Assembly: GCF_009914755.1 (NCBI RefSeq)
Contig: NC_060947.1
Length of the DNA stretch: 64,000 bases
Origin: the human T2T-CHM13v2.0 reference genome, Homo sapiens
Direction: 5' to 3' (one strand)
A program made the translations under genes and the position numbers. The notes beneath the pieces were generated by a model. The model saw only the letters and a list, made by a program, of their open reading frames with translations, did not search any database and was not told where the DNA came from. Positions 25,457-39,790 of the stretch are shown in pieces. Positions within the stretch are counted from its first letter, which is position 1. Each line of letters begins with the position of its first letter.

Positions 25457-26151
25457 AAGGACAATATTTCTAATTGCCTCCAGGTCATCCCCATCACATG
25501 CCCTCCCCCACTCACACTCATCTCCAGTTCAATGTGTCCCAATTAAATGTCAGCTGCTACCCTCTTTAAACCTGCTCCTGCTCTTTTCCTTGTGTTCCCT
25601 GTGCCACACTACCACATCCTCAACAGAATGCTGGAGTCATCCTCTACACCTCTTTCTCCCCAGTCCTCATCACATCCAATCAATTGCCAAATCCTGCCCA
25701 TTCTACCTCCAAGGCATGCTGAGTCCACCCTCTTCTCTCTCCAGCTCCACAGCCTCCACCGTGGTCCAGGTCTCATCATCTGTTGCCTGTGGTTGCCTCC
25801 TTCCCTCTTCTCCTACTTCCACCCTTGTTCATGGCCACCAGTCCATTTACCACAAGGTAGTCAGAGGGAAGGTTTCACAAGTCAAAGCAGATAATATGAC
25901 TGCCATGCTCAGCAACCCCAGTGGCTTCTCAGAGGTGGAGAATAAATGTTGAGACACTGCAAGAGCTCCCCTTGCTCCCCTCCTCTCCTGTGTTTTCTCT
26001 TCCCTGCCGTATGGAATGTGCCAGGCCTCATCTGCTCCTGAGCTTTGCCCAGGCTGCAGCTTCTGCCTGGAATACTTTTCTCTTCACTCTTCACATGGCC
26101 ACCTCCTCCTCAGCCTTCAGACCTCAGATTATAGATTACTCTGATGTGTCC

Positions 26152-26470
26152 TTTTTTTCTTTTTTCTTTTCTTTTTATTTTTTTGTGGGAAACAGTTTGC
26201 TCTGTCACCCAGGCTAGAGTACAGTGGCATGATTATAGCTCACTGTAACCTTGAACTTCTGTGCTCAAGTGATCCTCCTGCCTTAGCCTCCCTAGTAGCT
26301 GGAACTACAGTTGTGTACCACCATGCCCAGCTAATTTTTATTTTATTTTTTTAAGAGCTAGGGTCTTGCTATGTTGCCTAGGCTAGCCTTGAACTCCCAG
26401 CCTCAAGGGATCCTTCCACCTCGGCCTCCCAAATCGCTGGGACTACAGGCATGAGCCACCACGCCCAGCC
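26152..26470 (-). mobile_element. AluJ with TSD
   Basis: Antisense Alu; CTGATGTGTC at 26141 and 26472. Confidence 0.92.
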
Positions 26471-26715
26471 CCTGATGTGTCTTTTGGGACCCAGCTCCAG
26501 TACCACCTCTTCCTACAGGCCTTCCCAGACTTATCCTCTCCTCCAGTCTGGGTTAGGTGCCCCTTCTGTAGGCTCTGATCCTCCTCTACCACTCTCCTCT
26601 GCTGCCCTGTCAAGCTCCTATCACAGCATGGTTCATCATGGATTGTAAATACTTAAGCACCTGTTTGCCCCCCTCCCCCCACCCACCCTGACCCTGCCAA
26701 CCCCTGCAACTAAAC

Positions 26716-26930
26716 TAGGGGCCAGGAAACTACAGCCTGCAGGCCAAATCTGGCCCACTGCCTGTTTTTGTAAATAAAGTTTTATTGGAACATAGTCATG
26801 TCTATTCATTTACATGTTGTCTATGACTGCTATCATGCTACAATGGCAGAGTTGAGTAATTGTGGCAGAGACTGTAAAGCCCCAAATAATTATTATCTGG
26901 CCTTTAACAGAAAAGATTGCTGACCCTCTG
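26716..26930. mobile_element. MER58A (hAT-Charlie)
   Basis: GGCCAAATCTGGCCCACTGCCTGTTTTTGTAAATAAAGTTTTATTGGAACA...GCTGACCCTCTG. Confidence 0.9.
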
Positions 26931-27308
26931 CCCCACAAGGGCAGGGACAGTGTCTGTCAGTTCATTGCTGAACCCTCAGCACCCAACACAATGGCTGGTG
27001 GTTGATAGGTGGTCAAAAACAGTTGTCAAATAGTGGGTGAAATATACAAGGTCACAGAGTAAGTCCGATTAGACCCAGAATTCCTGGATCCCCAAGTATG
27101 CTCTGACCTTTGATTTCTCAGTTCTGTGTCCCTAGAGACAAGAGTGAGGTCAGATTGCTTGTGTGCTCCCAGCCTTCCCTAGAGCAGGGCCAGGCCCAGA
27201 GAGCAAGCTGACTGACTGCCCAGAGGACTAGGCCAGAGAGGAAGGCAGGACAGTGAAGCTGCTCTGAAGGGACTTTCAGTCACCTCAAGGCTGTCCCTAA
27301 CACTAAGG

Positions 27309-27523
27309 CAGTGGTTCTCAATCAGAACTGATTTTGCACCCCAGGGGACATTTGACAATTCTTGGAGACATTTTTGCTTGTCACATATTGGGGACAGGAG
27401 AGAGGTAGCTGCTAGAGGCATCTGGTGGGTAGAGGCCAGGGTTGCTGCTAAAAATCCTACAGCCTCACACAGCCAAAATGATCTGGCCTAAAATGTCAAT
27501 AGTGCTGAGGCTGGGAAATCCTG
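27309..27523. mobile_element. MER20 (hAT-Charlie)
   Basis: CAGTGGTTCTCAA...CCCCAGGGGACATTTG...GGGTAGAGGCCAGGG...AAAATGTCAATAGTGCTGAGG. Confidence 0.92.
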
Positions 27524-27529
27524 CTATAA

Positions 27530-28036
<507 letters not shown>

Positions 28037-29699
28037 CTCTGGGGGAAGTTTATAAGGACAGACCCTGCAGATATCCCCAAATCACCCAGGATGGTCTTTG
28101 CCTGAAATATTTGGCCCCACTGTCAGGCCCTGGGTCATTTCAGCAAATCTGGCTGCTATGCGTGTGGGGTATCTCTGAACACTGAGAGGGGAGAAGAGCC
28201 CTTCTCTCCCCTTCCTTTCCCTTGCCCATCTCTGAAGGAGGAGGGGTACTGTTGGAGGAGGAGGGAGGGGACTGGGGAACACAGCTGGGATTCCAATCAC
28301 CTCCAACCACAAAAATCCATATCAAGCTATCTCTCCCGCTCCTCTCCTTTTCAAACTGGGCTATACAGAAGCACCCTGCTTCCTGGAAGCAGCCCAGAGG
28401 CCCCAAGCTGATGCAGAGAGAGGGGCTCAGCAGCATGGATGTTGAGGAGGAGCAGAGGGAGCCCCTGGCTTCCTGAGCTGGCCCTAGTTTGGGGAACATG
28501 TATGAATGTCCGGAGCTCTCTGTATCGCTTAAATCCAATCAACCCCTGAACTCAAGCAGGCTCCCAGGCCAGGAAAAGGAAGGTATTGGGCATGTGAGGG
28601 GAAGGTTGATTTCTTCACCATGGGACAAACTTTATCTGTCCCTCTAAAATAGCAACTCCTCAGAAGCAGACCCAGCCTGGCTCCCCTGTCCCCTCGCCAA
28701 GATGGAGCTGGGATTCCATTCCAGAGTGCGGGCCTGACCCTCCATGGAGAGCCCCACACCAGCCTCTGCTTCTCTCCTGGGCTAGGCAAGCCCCGATCAC
28801 AGGTAAGGAAATTCCATTCGGCACTGCTCAGCTAGTGAGTGCTGGGAGGAGGGGAGGCCTGAGAAAGCAAGGTCAGATTTTGATGGGATTCTCTGAACAC
28901 GAAGACTTCCTAAGCCCAGGGGCTGCTGGGAGTGAAGACTGGAGAGGCCACAGCTTGGCCAGAGTCTGATGGTAAAGCTGCAAGGAAGCAGGTAGGCTAG
29001 GCCAGATCTGGGCATCAAGGTGGATTCAAGCTGTTGCCAGAGGGACAGAGCAGAGGCAGAAGCGGAATGAAGCTGAGAGGCAGATTCACATGGCATAGTT
29101 ATCCCTGGCAGGGTTGGGGGGTGGGCAGTACATTAAATTACAGGCAAGCTCCAGAGAGCACCTGACTTGGTGAAGGGAAAGGAAGGGGGTTGGGAAATAG
29201 CACGTGGGTAACATTAGAGTCAGACCCTGAAGCATGAGGGAGAAATCAAAGAAGAGAAAATCAGCAAGAGGATGAATGCCCAGAGCTGCATTGCATCTGG
29301 GACATGCTGCACCGGGCCTTGTGGATAGAGCACCCAGAGTGAGTAGACCAGACCTGGTGCTGAGGCCAGAGAGGGGAAGATCTGTGTGTTCACCTGGCTG
29401 AGAAATGAGACTTTATTCCAAAAGTCATGGGGGAGCTATGGCTGTACTTGAAGTGGGATAAGTGATAGGATGTGATTGGATCTGTATGTGTACATATACA
29501 ACATTAGCTCCCTTCTTGATTGGAGGCTGGCTTGGGGCATGGGTGGGTCCATGACCTGAAGATGAGGGACCATCTGGAGGCTGTGCAATGGTCTGAGCCC
29601 ACGAGATTGGTGAAAGAAGGCATAGTAAGTGGTGGAGAGTCACTGTGGAGCTAGACAATTTGAAAGGCAGGGTGAAGAAGACTGCAATTTGGAAACTCA

Positions 29700-30290
29700 C
29701 GTCAGAGTTTCATTTGCTTAAAACATTCGAATGGCTCCTGACAGTCTTTGGATAAAGGTTAAACCCCTTCCAATGACCTACAAGGCCCGGGTGCTCTGGT
29801 GCCTAGGTATTTCTTCTGCCTCATCTCCAACCGGGCATGACCTCTACCTCCCAATTCTTAGCTTCAGCTCTCTCTCTTTACTGTGACTTCTTTCAGTTGC
29901 TCCACTGATCGCTGCAAGACACCTCACCCCCCACCGGCCCCTTACCTCTGGCCTTTGCATCTGCTCTTCTCTCTACCTGGGATACTCCAGCCCTCCCGCT
30001 CCCCGAACCCTGAGCCTAACTCAGTGACCCTACATGCTGGGGCTCAGTCAGCTTTCTGGGAGGTGTTCCATGATCCCCACCCCAAGCCAGAATCAGATAC
30101 TTCTCTTATGGGCTCCCCCAGCCCCTTGTACTACTCTCATCTCAGCCCTTAGTAACCTGCCCAGCGATTTTCTGTTTATTCTTCTGACCAAACTGTAAGC
30201 TGAAGGAGGGCAGGGATCACAACTGACTTTCTCATTGCCAACCTCCACTTCCTCGCACAGTGCCTGGCACATGCTCAGTAAATGTGGAAG
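29700..30290 (+). mobile_element. L2 3' fragment, flanked by antisense L2 pieces (~29150-29700 and ~30350-30600)
   Basis: TGCTTAAAACATTCGAATGGCTCC...GGCCTTTGCATCTGCT...CAGTGCCTGGCACATGCTCAGTAAATG. Confidence 0.7.
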
Positions 30291-31489
30291 GCAGGCAGGA
30301 AGGCAGGAGGAAAGGAGGGAGGAAGGACGGAAGGGAGGGAGGGAGGAAACCAAGAATGATGCCCAGCTGAAGAATGGTGACATACCTCCTAGAGACAGAG
30401 GTTGGAATTTTTTTTCATGGGTCGTGGATGGGTGAGGGAGAGAGGAGTTTTAGTTTAGGCCCTGTTGAGCTAGAAGTATCTGAGGGTTACCCCTGTGGAG
30501 GACAGATCGAGTAGGCTGTCAACTCTGTGGGCCTGGAGCTCAGGAGAGCAGTTTAGACGGGAATGGTCTGCCGAGAGGTGAGAGCTAAAGCTGTGGGAAT
30601 GAATTTGAAACTTGATGTTTTTGATTCCTAAGTAAACAGCCAGCCAAGAGCCAGTATATTTTGAAACACTGGTGGCCAAAGACGTGACAGGAAGAGGTAG
30701 AGGGAGGCGGCGGGAGGTGGCGCCCTCCCCCTGTGGGGTCGAGGGGGTTCCCTTCTCTGGAACTGTCCCAGCTGTCACACAGCTCTGCAGGGAGAGAGGG
30801 CCTTGGCTGGGACAGGAGTGGGGGCGAGGGGGTGCTGGCTTGGGAAGGAAGACTGGAGAGAATAAAGGTCCTACTGGCATCTCTGTGTTCCCCTCCCCCA
30901 CCCAGGTGCCCTGAGGCTGCCTGGGTCCTTCCCCCTGCCTAGAGCCTGTGGACCCTGGTTTGCTGTTAGTTTCCCATCTCCATGGACTCAACCAACACCC
31001 CCTTCCTCACCACCTCTTCCCTGGCCTAAGGTGGCTCTGTAACTCAATGCTCCTGCTCCTTCCTTAGCTGGGCCCAGGAACCCTGCCAAACATTGTGCTT
31101 CCTGGCCTGGAGATGACTCAGGCTCCCCTCCCCAGTACCATTCCAGCCCCTAGCCTCTGAGCCATGTCATAGGCTGAGCAGGGACAGGAGCTGAGGGGCA
31201 GCTTGACTCCAGGAGCCAGGGTGCTGGGAAGCGGGCCCAGGCCCCTGCTCCTGATGCCAAGCAGGTAGCATTCCAGTAGAGAGTATAGGGAGAGACAGGG
31301 ACTGTGGGTATTACAGACAAGGTGTCAGGGCTGGGGATTGCCCAGAGGTCTGACTGGCTAGTGTTCATTAGTACCCTAGGAATAAGTATGTCAATCAGTA
31401 CTGATTCAGCTGCATGCTCCAGTCTTGTTTGCAGCAGGCCAGGCCTTCTCACGTCCAGTCTCAGAGTTTGTCACTGAAAACGGAGGGGC

Positions 31490-31710
31490 CACCCAAGGGT
31501 CCTAGGGGCTTCAGGCCCGCCATCAAATCCTGGCGTCTCCTCTTCCTTGCTGGGTGATCTGGGGCAACTAAGTCACTTTGTCTGTGCCAGCCTCAGCTTG
31601 CTCATCTGTACAATGAGGATGAGAATAATACCTTCCTCCTGGGGTTGCTGGGAGGATTAAATGAAGGAACATATGGGTAGCACTTTGTAAACAGTCAAGG
31701 GCTGTAATAG
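31490..31710 (+). mobile_element. MIR SINE
   Basis: CCTCAGCTTGCTCATCTGTACAATGAGGATGAGAATAATACC...GAGGATTAAATGA. Confidence 0.8.
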
Positions 31711-33374
31711 GAGGGGTGTTATATTTATCTACATGCTAGGATGGAGAAGAAGAAACAGGTGGCTCTCTGCTTCTCTGTCATCCTGGGGCACATTCCCCCA
31801 TTCTTTCCAGCTGATACTATGGGATTCCTTGAGGCCTTGGCCCATGGAAGGTCAGGGCTCAGAACTTTGGTTTCATCTTTTGCTAGAGGACCTTCAGCAA
31901 GAGGCTTGCCTTTTCTGAGCCTCAGTAAGCTGTACACAGAGGGGCAAAGAAAGGGAGAATTTCTCCTCCCTCCCCTTCCCCCACAACTTCTCTCCCTCCC
32001 TGTGGCTGGTGTGGTGATCAAAGGAGAGGTTCACACAGAGGTGAGGCCCAAAGGCCCAGAGCCCTTCCCCAGATGTGGTGTGTGTGTGGTGGGGGATACA
32101 GAAGAAATGTGGACATGTGGAGGGCAGGGCCAGGGCTGGTCTGTGTGTGTGTGTGTGTGATCAAAGGAGCAGGGTGGGGTGGGGCAGGGGGTGGGGGGTG
32201 AGTTCTTTGCATTGCTGAGGGTTTAGTCCTTTCTCTTGGTTGCCTAGATGCCTTGGTATTCACCCCCTCCTCAGTGATCACCACGGGGCTGTGCCTGCAG
32301 CCCCCATTCAGGCCTAGTATGAATGAAGAGCAGGCTGGTTGGTGGCTCACCTGCCTTGCCAGCTGCCCAGGCCCCAGCCTAGCTGAGTGCCACCTTACCT
32401 TGCTGTTGCATGTGCACCCATGAGCCGCTGGCTCCCTGGACTGACTGTTGGAGGACTATACTGCCGACAGTGAGCCCATGCCCAACTATCTGAGAAGGTG
32501 TCCCACTGCCCCACTGCCTGGCTGCTGGCTTTCACTAGCCTCTTGCATGTGTGCCATTGGGAGGGTCGAGCCTCCTGGCTCAGTGTAGCAACCCCTGTGT
32601 GGCAGTGTGGGTGTGTGTAAGCCCGTGTTCTGCCCTGGGGTGGATAAGGCAGAGCTCAGCTCTGCAGCCTGGGGCCTCCTCCAAGGGAAGATGGAAGCAG
32701 AAATAGCAGCTTTGTTCTGGAGGAGAGGAAGAAAGATGCAGGCCCTCCTGGGCCCACTCCAGTGTCCCAGGGGCTCTGGCTGCCAGCTCAACCAGGAAAT
32801 GTGCCTTCTAAACAATGCCCAGGCCAGCCTGTCTTGAGCCCTACTTCCCATCCTTGGTCAGAGTCCTGGGGGAGACGCCTCTGACCATTGTTCCGAGGGA
32901 CAGCTCATCAGGGTCAGGCCTAGGCCAAGCTGGGTCCACAGACCCCACACCCTGGGAGGAGGCACATGATGTCCCAGAGAAGTGGTTCCTCCAGCCTTTG
33001 TTCTTGGCTGGGCAGGAAGCCACACGTGACACCATGGTTTGGGGTGGGGAGTAGGGGAGAGGCGAGCTTTGGGGTAAACAGTTTTCCTTTTTATTTCCCT
33101 TGGGAAGGGTTTATGATGGGGGTAAACTGAGGTAGAGAACAGACACTTGGCCCAGGATCATGACAGAGTTAGAACGGTACCACAAACTGGAAGGGACCGC
33201 AAAGTGGACTTAGTTAGGCTCCATGGGGGCAGGGACTTTGTCCTGCTGTATCCTTAGTGCCTGGAACAATGCCTGGTACATAGGAAGTGCTCAATGCATC
33301 TTTGTTGGAAGTAGGAACCCCTCTGCTTTCCCATCTGGTGCTCCACTCACGTGATTGAAGGTTGCCAATGCTTA

Positions 33375-33560
33375 TAGTGCTCTGGAGTCGCAGACAAACC
33401 TGGCTTCCAATTCTGTCCACATCACTTTTTAGCTGGGTGACCCCAGGACTCAGTTTTCTTATCTGTGTGATGGAAACAGTTATTCCCACCTCTGAGTTGT
33501 TGGGAGAATTTTTTGGAGACAGCTTTGGTAGCTTTCCAGGCACATGGTAGGTACTCCTTC
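33375..33560 (+). mobile_element. MIR SINE
   Basis: GCTCTGGAGTCGCAGACAAACCTGG...CTCAGTTTTCTTATCTGT...CCAGGCACATGGTAGG. Confidence 0.75.
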
Positions 33561-34394
33561 GTTGTAAGTTCTCTTCCCGTTTCTTCTCACCAAGTCTTCT
33601 CTTTTCCAGGCTAGACAGCCTGGCTCGGCAGTCACAGACATTCCTTATTCTCTCAATGAATCCTCACAAAAGGCCCTGTCAGGTGTGGTACAGTTAATAT
33701 CCCCATCTTACAGATATGGAAACTGAGGCCTGATGAGAGAGATTCTGGCCATGCAGTAAGTGGTGTAGTCAGGATTTGAACAGCGTTCTGTCTGGCTACT
33801 CGTCTTTTTCTCTAACATAACACTTGATCTACCCATTGATAAATCGCTTACGCCTCATACTCTAGCCATGTGACCTCAGGCACCTCACTACATCTCTATG
33901 ATCCTCCCTTTCTTCAGCTGTCCAATGGGTTAATCATCCCAAGTCCCCCAGCCTTGATGACAATCCAGGGGGCTGGGGTATATCTGCCATTGTTTGCCTT
34001 TCCCTTGCTTCTCTCTGAGTGATTGGCAGACAGCAGGCCTCTGAATGCCATCCTCCCCAGCATTCTTGGCAAGGCGGCTGAAACTCCAGCACTTTTGCTC
34101 TCTTTCCAGGAAGCATATCTGAATGCAAGTGAGTGAGCAGGACATTATTAGAGGGATAACATTGGGTCAACTCTCGTTTATTAAAACAGCAGTAAATCAT
34201 TTCTTACAACTATTATTAGCAACAAATGACTTTTGACACACTGTGCAATTGATTGTGACACACCAGTAGGTCATGACTCCTCAGGGAGAACTGTTGGTAT
34301 TTCTGATAGTTCTTTTGGGAATGTGTAAAGTCCTATGGAAACGCAAGCAACGATTAGTATTGTTATAATAATTATCATTGTTCTTAGTCTGGAA

Positions 34395-34615
34395 GGCATG
34401 TAGTGTAAAGGTTAAGATCATGGATTCAGGAACCAAACTGCTTAGTTTCAAATACTGGCTCTGTCATTTCCTAGCTATATGACATTGGGCAAGTTACTTA
34501 ACTGCTCTGTGCCTCAGTTTCCTCACCTATCAAACAGGGATAATAATAATAGCATCGACTTCCCAGGGTTGTTTGAGGATCAAATGAGATCATGAAAATA
34601 AAGTGCTTTCAGAGT
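34395..34615 (+). mobile_element. MIR SINE, 3' end resuming at ~35670 after MER58A
   Basis: TGGGCAAGTTACTTAACTGCTCTGTGCCTCAGTTTCCTCACCT. Confidence 0.88.
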
Positions 34616-34679
34616 CTAGTTCAAGAGTCAGCAAAGTACAACCAGAAGGCCAAGTCTGGCTTACTGCCTACTTTTGTAA

Positions 34680-35206
<527 letters not shown>

Positions 35207-35305
35207 TGTTTACCTATTTTCCATGGCTAATTTTGTGCTACAACAGCAGAGTTGAGCAGTTGCAGCAGAGACTGTTGGCTTGTGAAGTCTAAAATATTTC
35301 TTTTC

Positions 35306-35613
35306 AACCAGGCATAGTGGCTCACACCTGAAATTCCAGCACTTTGGGAGGTGAAGGAAGGAGGACCGCTTGAGGCCAGGAGTTCAAGGCCAGCCTGGGC
35401 AACATGGTGAGACCTCATCTCTATTAAAAATTAAAATATTAGCTGGGCATGGTGGTGTGCACCTGTAGTCCTAGCTACTCGGGAGGCTAAGGCAGGAGGG
35501 TTGCTTGAGCCCAGGAGGTCTAGGCTGCAATGAGCTATGATCACATCACTGTGCTCCAGCCTTGGTGACAGAGTCTTGCTCTGTCCCTAAAACATAATAA
35601 AATAAAGTAAAAT
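35306..35613 (+). mobile_element. AluJ with degenerate 15-bp TSD
   Basis: J-type GCTTGAGGCCAGGAGTTC and GCTTGAGCCCAGGAGGTC; AAAATATTTCTTTTC / AAAATATTTATTCTC. Confidence 0.93.
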
Positions 35614-37184
35614 AAAATATTTATTCTCTGGTGCCTTGCAGAAGAAAAAAAAATCTGCCAATCCTTGTGCTAGTACATAGAGGAATTGCTCAATAAATGT
35701 TGGTTGTTATTATTTCATTTTATTCTTCAAAAACCCATTCATTGTAGACATGAGGATGCAAGTTCAGAGAGGGGAAATGATTTGTTCAAGGCCACTCAGC
35801 TAGGATGATACAGGACTGAGAGTGGAACCTAGGCCCCTTGACTCCCAGTTCAGGGAACTTTCCAATATATGATACTGACCAAGGATCCTCCATGCCTGAA
35901 GTCCTTGGGCTCAAAGTTCTTCCGTTAGAATGCAAAAGGAGTTGGCTTAGCTCCCAAGCCACGAGATGCCAGCTGCCAAGCCCAGCAACACCTCCTTCCT
36001 CCTTGTGCCAGGGGCCCCACCAAGCCAGTAGGCACAGAGCAGCTTCTTTGCCCCACAGAGGTCTTTCAGGACCCTTCTCTGCCTTCCTATCCTTGGGCCC
36101 ATTGCCTTGCTAGGCCGGGCTGGGGTAGCAGCCTTGTTGGGTGATTAATGTTTTTGTCCCACACTCAGGATTCTGTTATCTGCTTGCTGGCCTTGCCCTT
36201 GTTCTTGTAATTGGCTGGCTTGAGGTCATTTACATTTCCTTTGGTGTGCTCTCCTGTCTGATAGCAACTATGACATGATTATGCTGCTCTCCCTTATTCT
36301 TAATCCTCTCAAACTGCCTAGTTATCTTTAATTTCCTGTTCATTTCCCTTATTGGGGAGTTAAGTAGAACTAAGTCAGGCCAAAAGTGACGGGGTAGCGT
36401 GGGAAAGCTCATGGATGCTCACCCTGGGTCCCTGGAGCCCAAAGAGGTAGCTTGGGCTCCAGAGCCTGTGGAGGCTGGCAGGATACACCACTTCTCGGCC
36501 TGGACCCACTCTGTTAACAAATATAAGTCATTGGCAGTGGGCCGGGATGGGAGATCTCTGACATCCCTTCCTCCCAGCTTGGACAGTCTAAGATTCCTGA
36601 GACCTAGTTTCAGTGGGCTCAATAACCCCCAGCCTTTCCACCTCCCCTAGCTACCCGTATTGAATACGGGTACTGTACCATCAAATACCTGTCCCAGCTG
36701 TCTCTAGGTCTCATGGACCCAAGAGTACCAGGCCTGGGAATAATCTAGCTAGAGTGTTTGTGTGTGTGTGTGTGTGTGTGTATGTGTGTGTGGGGTGTGT
36801 GCATGCATATATGTGCAGGCTCACACATGTTCCCATGACCACAGACTCTCTTTGGCATAGGGTCTGGCATATGGTAGAGACTCTAGGTGTGGCACTTCCT
36901 TCCTCTCTTGAGTGATCATAGTGTCTAACACTGGGCAGAGCTAGTCGGGTTGGCACATTCAATTAATGGTTATCAAATGACTGGATTGAGTAGGTGCATT
37001 CTTCCTGCGGGTGTGTTCTGTGTTTGTGAGTGTGTGTAGCATGTGAAATGGGCACAGTCTGGGTAATGATGACAGAGGAGTATGTGCTCTGTGTGTGTAT
37101 GGTGTGTGCCACATGTGGGCATGAGTGTGTGTGCTGTGCTGCTGTGTCTGTCTCCATGGGAGTAGGTACAGGCAGGAAAATGCA

Positions 37185-37450
37185 GTAGTACTTTTAGAAA
37201 TCAGGGCACAAGCTCAGAAGTCAGACTGGCCTGGGTTTGAGTCCCAGCTCTACACTTTCTCATGGTATTACTTTGGTCCCTGAATTTATCTAAATCCCAG
37301 TTTCTTCACCTGTAAAAAGGGTGGAGGGTGTTAAAAATGGTGAACTCACAGGGATGTAGGGAGCATTAAATGTGCTAGTGTAGGCAAAACTCTTAGCACA
37401 TGAATTGGCACATAGTGAGTTCACAATAGATGGTGACTGTTGATGGTGAT
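37185..37450 (+). mobile_element. MIR SINE
   Basis: GTCAGACTGGCCTGGGTTTGAGTCCCAGCTCTAC...CAGTTTCTTCACCTGTAAAA...TGGCACATAGT. Confidence 0.8.
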
Positions 37451-38719
37451 GATAATAAATGAAATGCAGAGAGCTTGGCTGTCAGGGGCATATGTTCCCT
37501 GTGGGGATTGTGAGTGTGTGCGTGTGTGTGTGTGTGTGCATGCCAGTGTGGGACACAGTGTGTAAATGAAGACCTAATGGGAGAGGTTGCAAATGTTGGG
37601 CAGCCCCTGGGGATGCCTGCCTGAAAGCAAAGCCCAGAAAGCAGGGGCAAAGGCCATGCGCAAGCACAGAGGAAGCTGAGAGAAGCCCAGACTTGGGTGG
37701 AAGGATCTGATGACTTAATGAGCCTCTTCCCCTCTCAGCAGCAGGATTAATGGGATGAAGTGGGCAAAGGACGATTTAGCTGGAGATTCAGGAAACAGCT
37801 CCTGACAGGGCAGCCTATTAACTTAAGAAACGGTCTCTCCCAGGACCCTCCATGGCTCTCACCCAAGGCATTTCAAACCCTTGCCTGCCCCAGAGAAGGG
37901 AGGAGAGAGCTGGGGATGTGAAGAAGAGAGAGTAGGGAGCCAATGCTGGGAGGCAGGCTGAAAGGCAGACTGGGAAGGATGAAAAGTTTGTAGGGGGTGC
38001 TGGAAGATGAGGTTTGAAAAGAAAGGAAGTCTGAGAAGGAGGAAGAGGAGAATGGTGGCTCTGGAGGAGACAAAAGGGAAGAGGAAGGTAGCAGTACTGG
38101 GAGAGCCACCTCCTCCTTCTCCCTGTGCCTGGTGGAATCTCCTTTAGGCCAGGCATTGCAGGCTGTCAGTGAGTCATGAGGGCCTGTTCTAGGGCTGTTC
38201 CAAGCTCCAGTGACTGGGCTTGCAGCTGAGTACATGGAAGATGACCACAACTTCAGGGTGATTCAGAGGCATCTGGATATGTGGAAGACATGTCCCTTAA
38301 CCAGAGACTGAATCTAGGAGCCAGACACTCTACAACAACTTAGTTCTCCTCCATGGCATCTTCAGCCTGCCTCTATGCCTGTTCCTTTGACTTGAGTCTG
38401 TTGGAACACCATCTAGCCTGGCTATGGCACCTGGTCACTTCTGAGGTTCAGCTGAGACTGGTCTGTGAGTCGCACATACTCTGAGTTGGTGGCTGGTTGC
38501 CCTTAACACCTGCTACTCTAAGTTTAGAGTCCTGTCCCATTTCCCTGCACTCTCCAGGATAAACCTGCACCCTGAATGGGGGTGCCTTCTTTGGCCACAG
38601 TTGAAATGGACATCTGGGAACTCCATATATCCACACCGTGGGTCTCTGCCCTCATTCTCTTTATTTTCTGTTCAAGGACCTATCTATTGTTTGTGGGCCT
38701 TTGAAGGTGGGGACCACAA

Positions 38720-39365
38720 TGATACATTTCATTAATGGTAAAAATGGTAGTGGTGAGCATATTACTGCCAATAAAGATGTTGACAGTGTCAATGGTAGTG
38801 ATGAAGGTGTTAATAATAATAGCACTGATGGTGGCAGTGGTGATGAAGGTAATGGTGAGGATGACAATAGAGATGATTATAATAGAGGTGGTGATGAAGT
38901 TGAGGATGGTGATGCACTCGTGGTAATGGCAATGATGTTAATGGACTTGGTAATGATGACAGAGGTAGTAATGATGATGAAGGGAATGATGATGGCGGAG
39001 GTGATGATGGTTATGTTAGAGGTAGAAATGGTGGCAAAGAAGAGGATGAGGGTGATGATGATTGAAGTGGTAACAATAGTAATAATGATAGTAGTGGAGA
39101 TAATAAGGTAGAGGTAGTGATAGTGGTAATGATAGATGTGGTACTTGTGATGCTGAAGGTGGTGATGGTGGTGATTGGTGAAGGTATTAGTGATGTTGAG
39201 AGTAATTGTGGTGGCAGTGACAGTGATAATGGTAGTGGAAGTGATGGTGAGGATGGTCATGTGATAGCAATAAAAATGGTGATAGGGATAGAGATGATCG
39301 TGGGAGTGGTAATAGTAATGGTTATGATAAAGACTGGAGCAATTAAACATGGTGATAATTATGAT
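38720..39365. repeat. Degenerate (GAT/GGT/AAT)n low-complexity tract, ~640 bp
   Basis: Period-3 pattern nearly devoid of C on the + strand. Confidence 0.9.
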
Positions 39366-39609
39366 AGCCAAGAAACCAATAGATCTACTCACTGGGTCTG
39401 TATCTTCTACCTTACTTTTATTTAAATATTTTTCTGGCAATACTCTCCATCTTAGCTTTACTTTACTTTCCATCTTTCACTTTTTCTGATGAATTAGACA
39501 ATTGAGCCAATCAATAAAGACATAGTGCAGCTGCTGGTGTCTAGAAGAGTAGTTGGGTTCTCTGGTTTCGTTTGTTGTTGGGAAAGTCATAATTTAGGTA
39601 GTATCATTC

Positions 39610-39790
39610 CCCCATTTCCACTAAAGTCAAAACAGGAAAGAATTGGCATTAGGAAATAAAGTTAAAAATTACAAAGAGCCTCCTGATGGTAAAGAATGCA
39701 ACACTGAAAAGTTACCTGAGAATGGCCGTGGAATGTCCTACCTTTGAGGTGGCTTAAAACAAGACAGAGACCCCCACTGGCCTGTATGAC
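39610..39790 (+). mobile_element. L3/CR1 3' fragment
   Basis: GAGCCTCCTGATGGTAAAG...ACACTGAAAAGTTACC...GTGGAATGTCCTACCTTTGAGG...AAAACAAGACAG. Confidence 0.6.

Larger units (their letters stand above)
25460..27030 (+). mobile_element. L2 LINE, interrupted by AluJ and MER58A
   Basis: CTGGAGTCATCCT...CACATCCAATCAATTGCCAAATCCTG..., TCTGCCTGGAAT, GGGCAGGGACAGTGTCTG 3' end. Confidence 0.75.

Noticed and set aside
33930-34295. Possible hAT-Charlie remnant (also ~47150-47290) and an LTR-like start at ~46057
   Set aside because: Too decayed to assign or bound without a Dfam search
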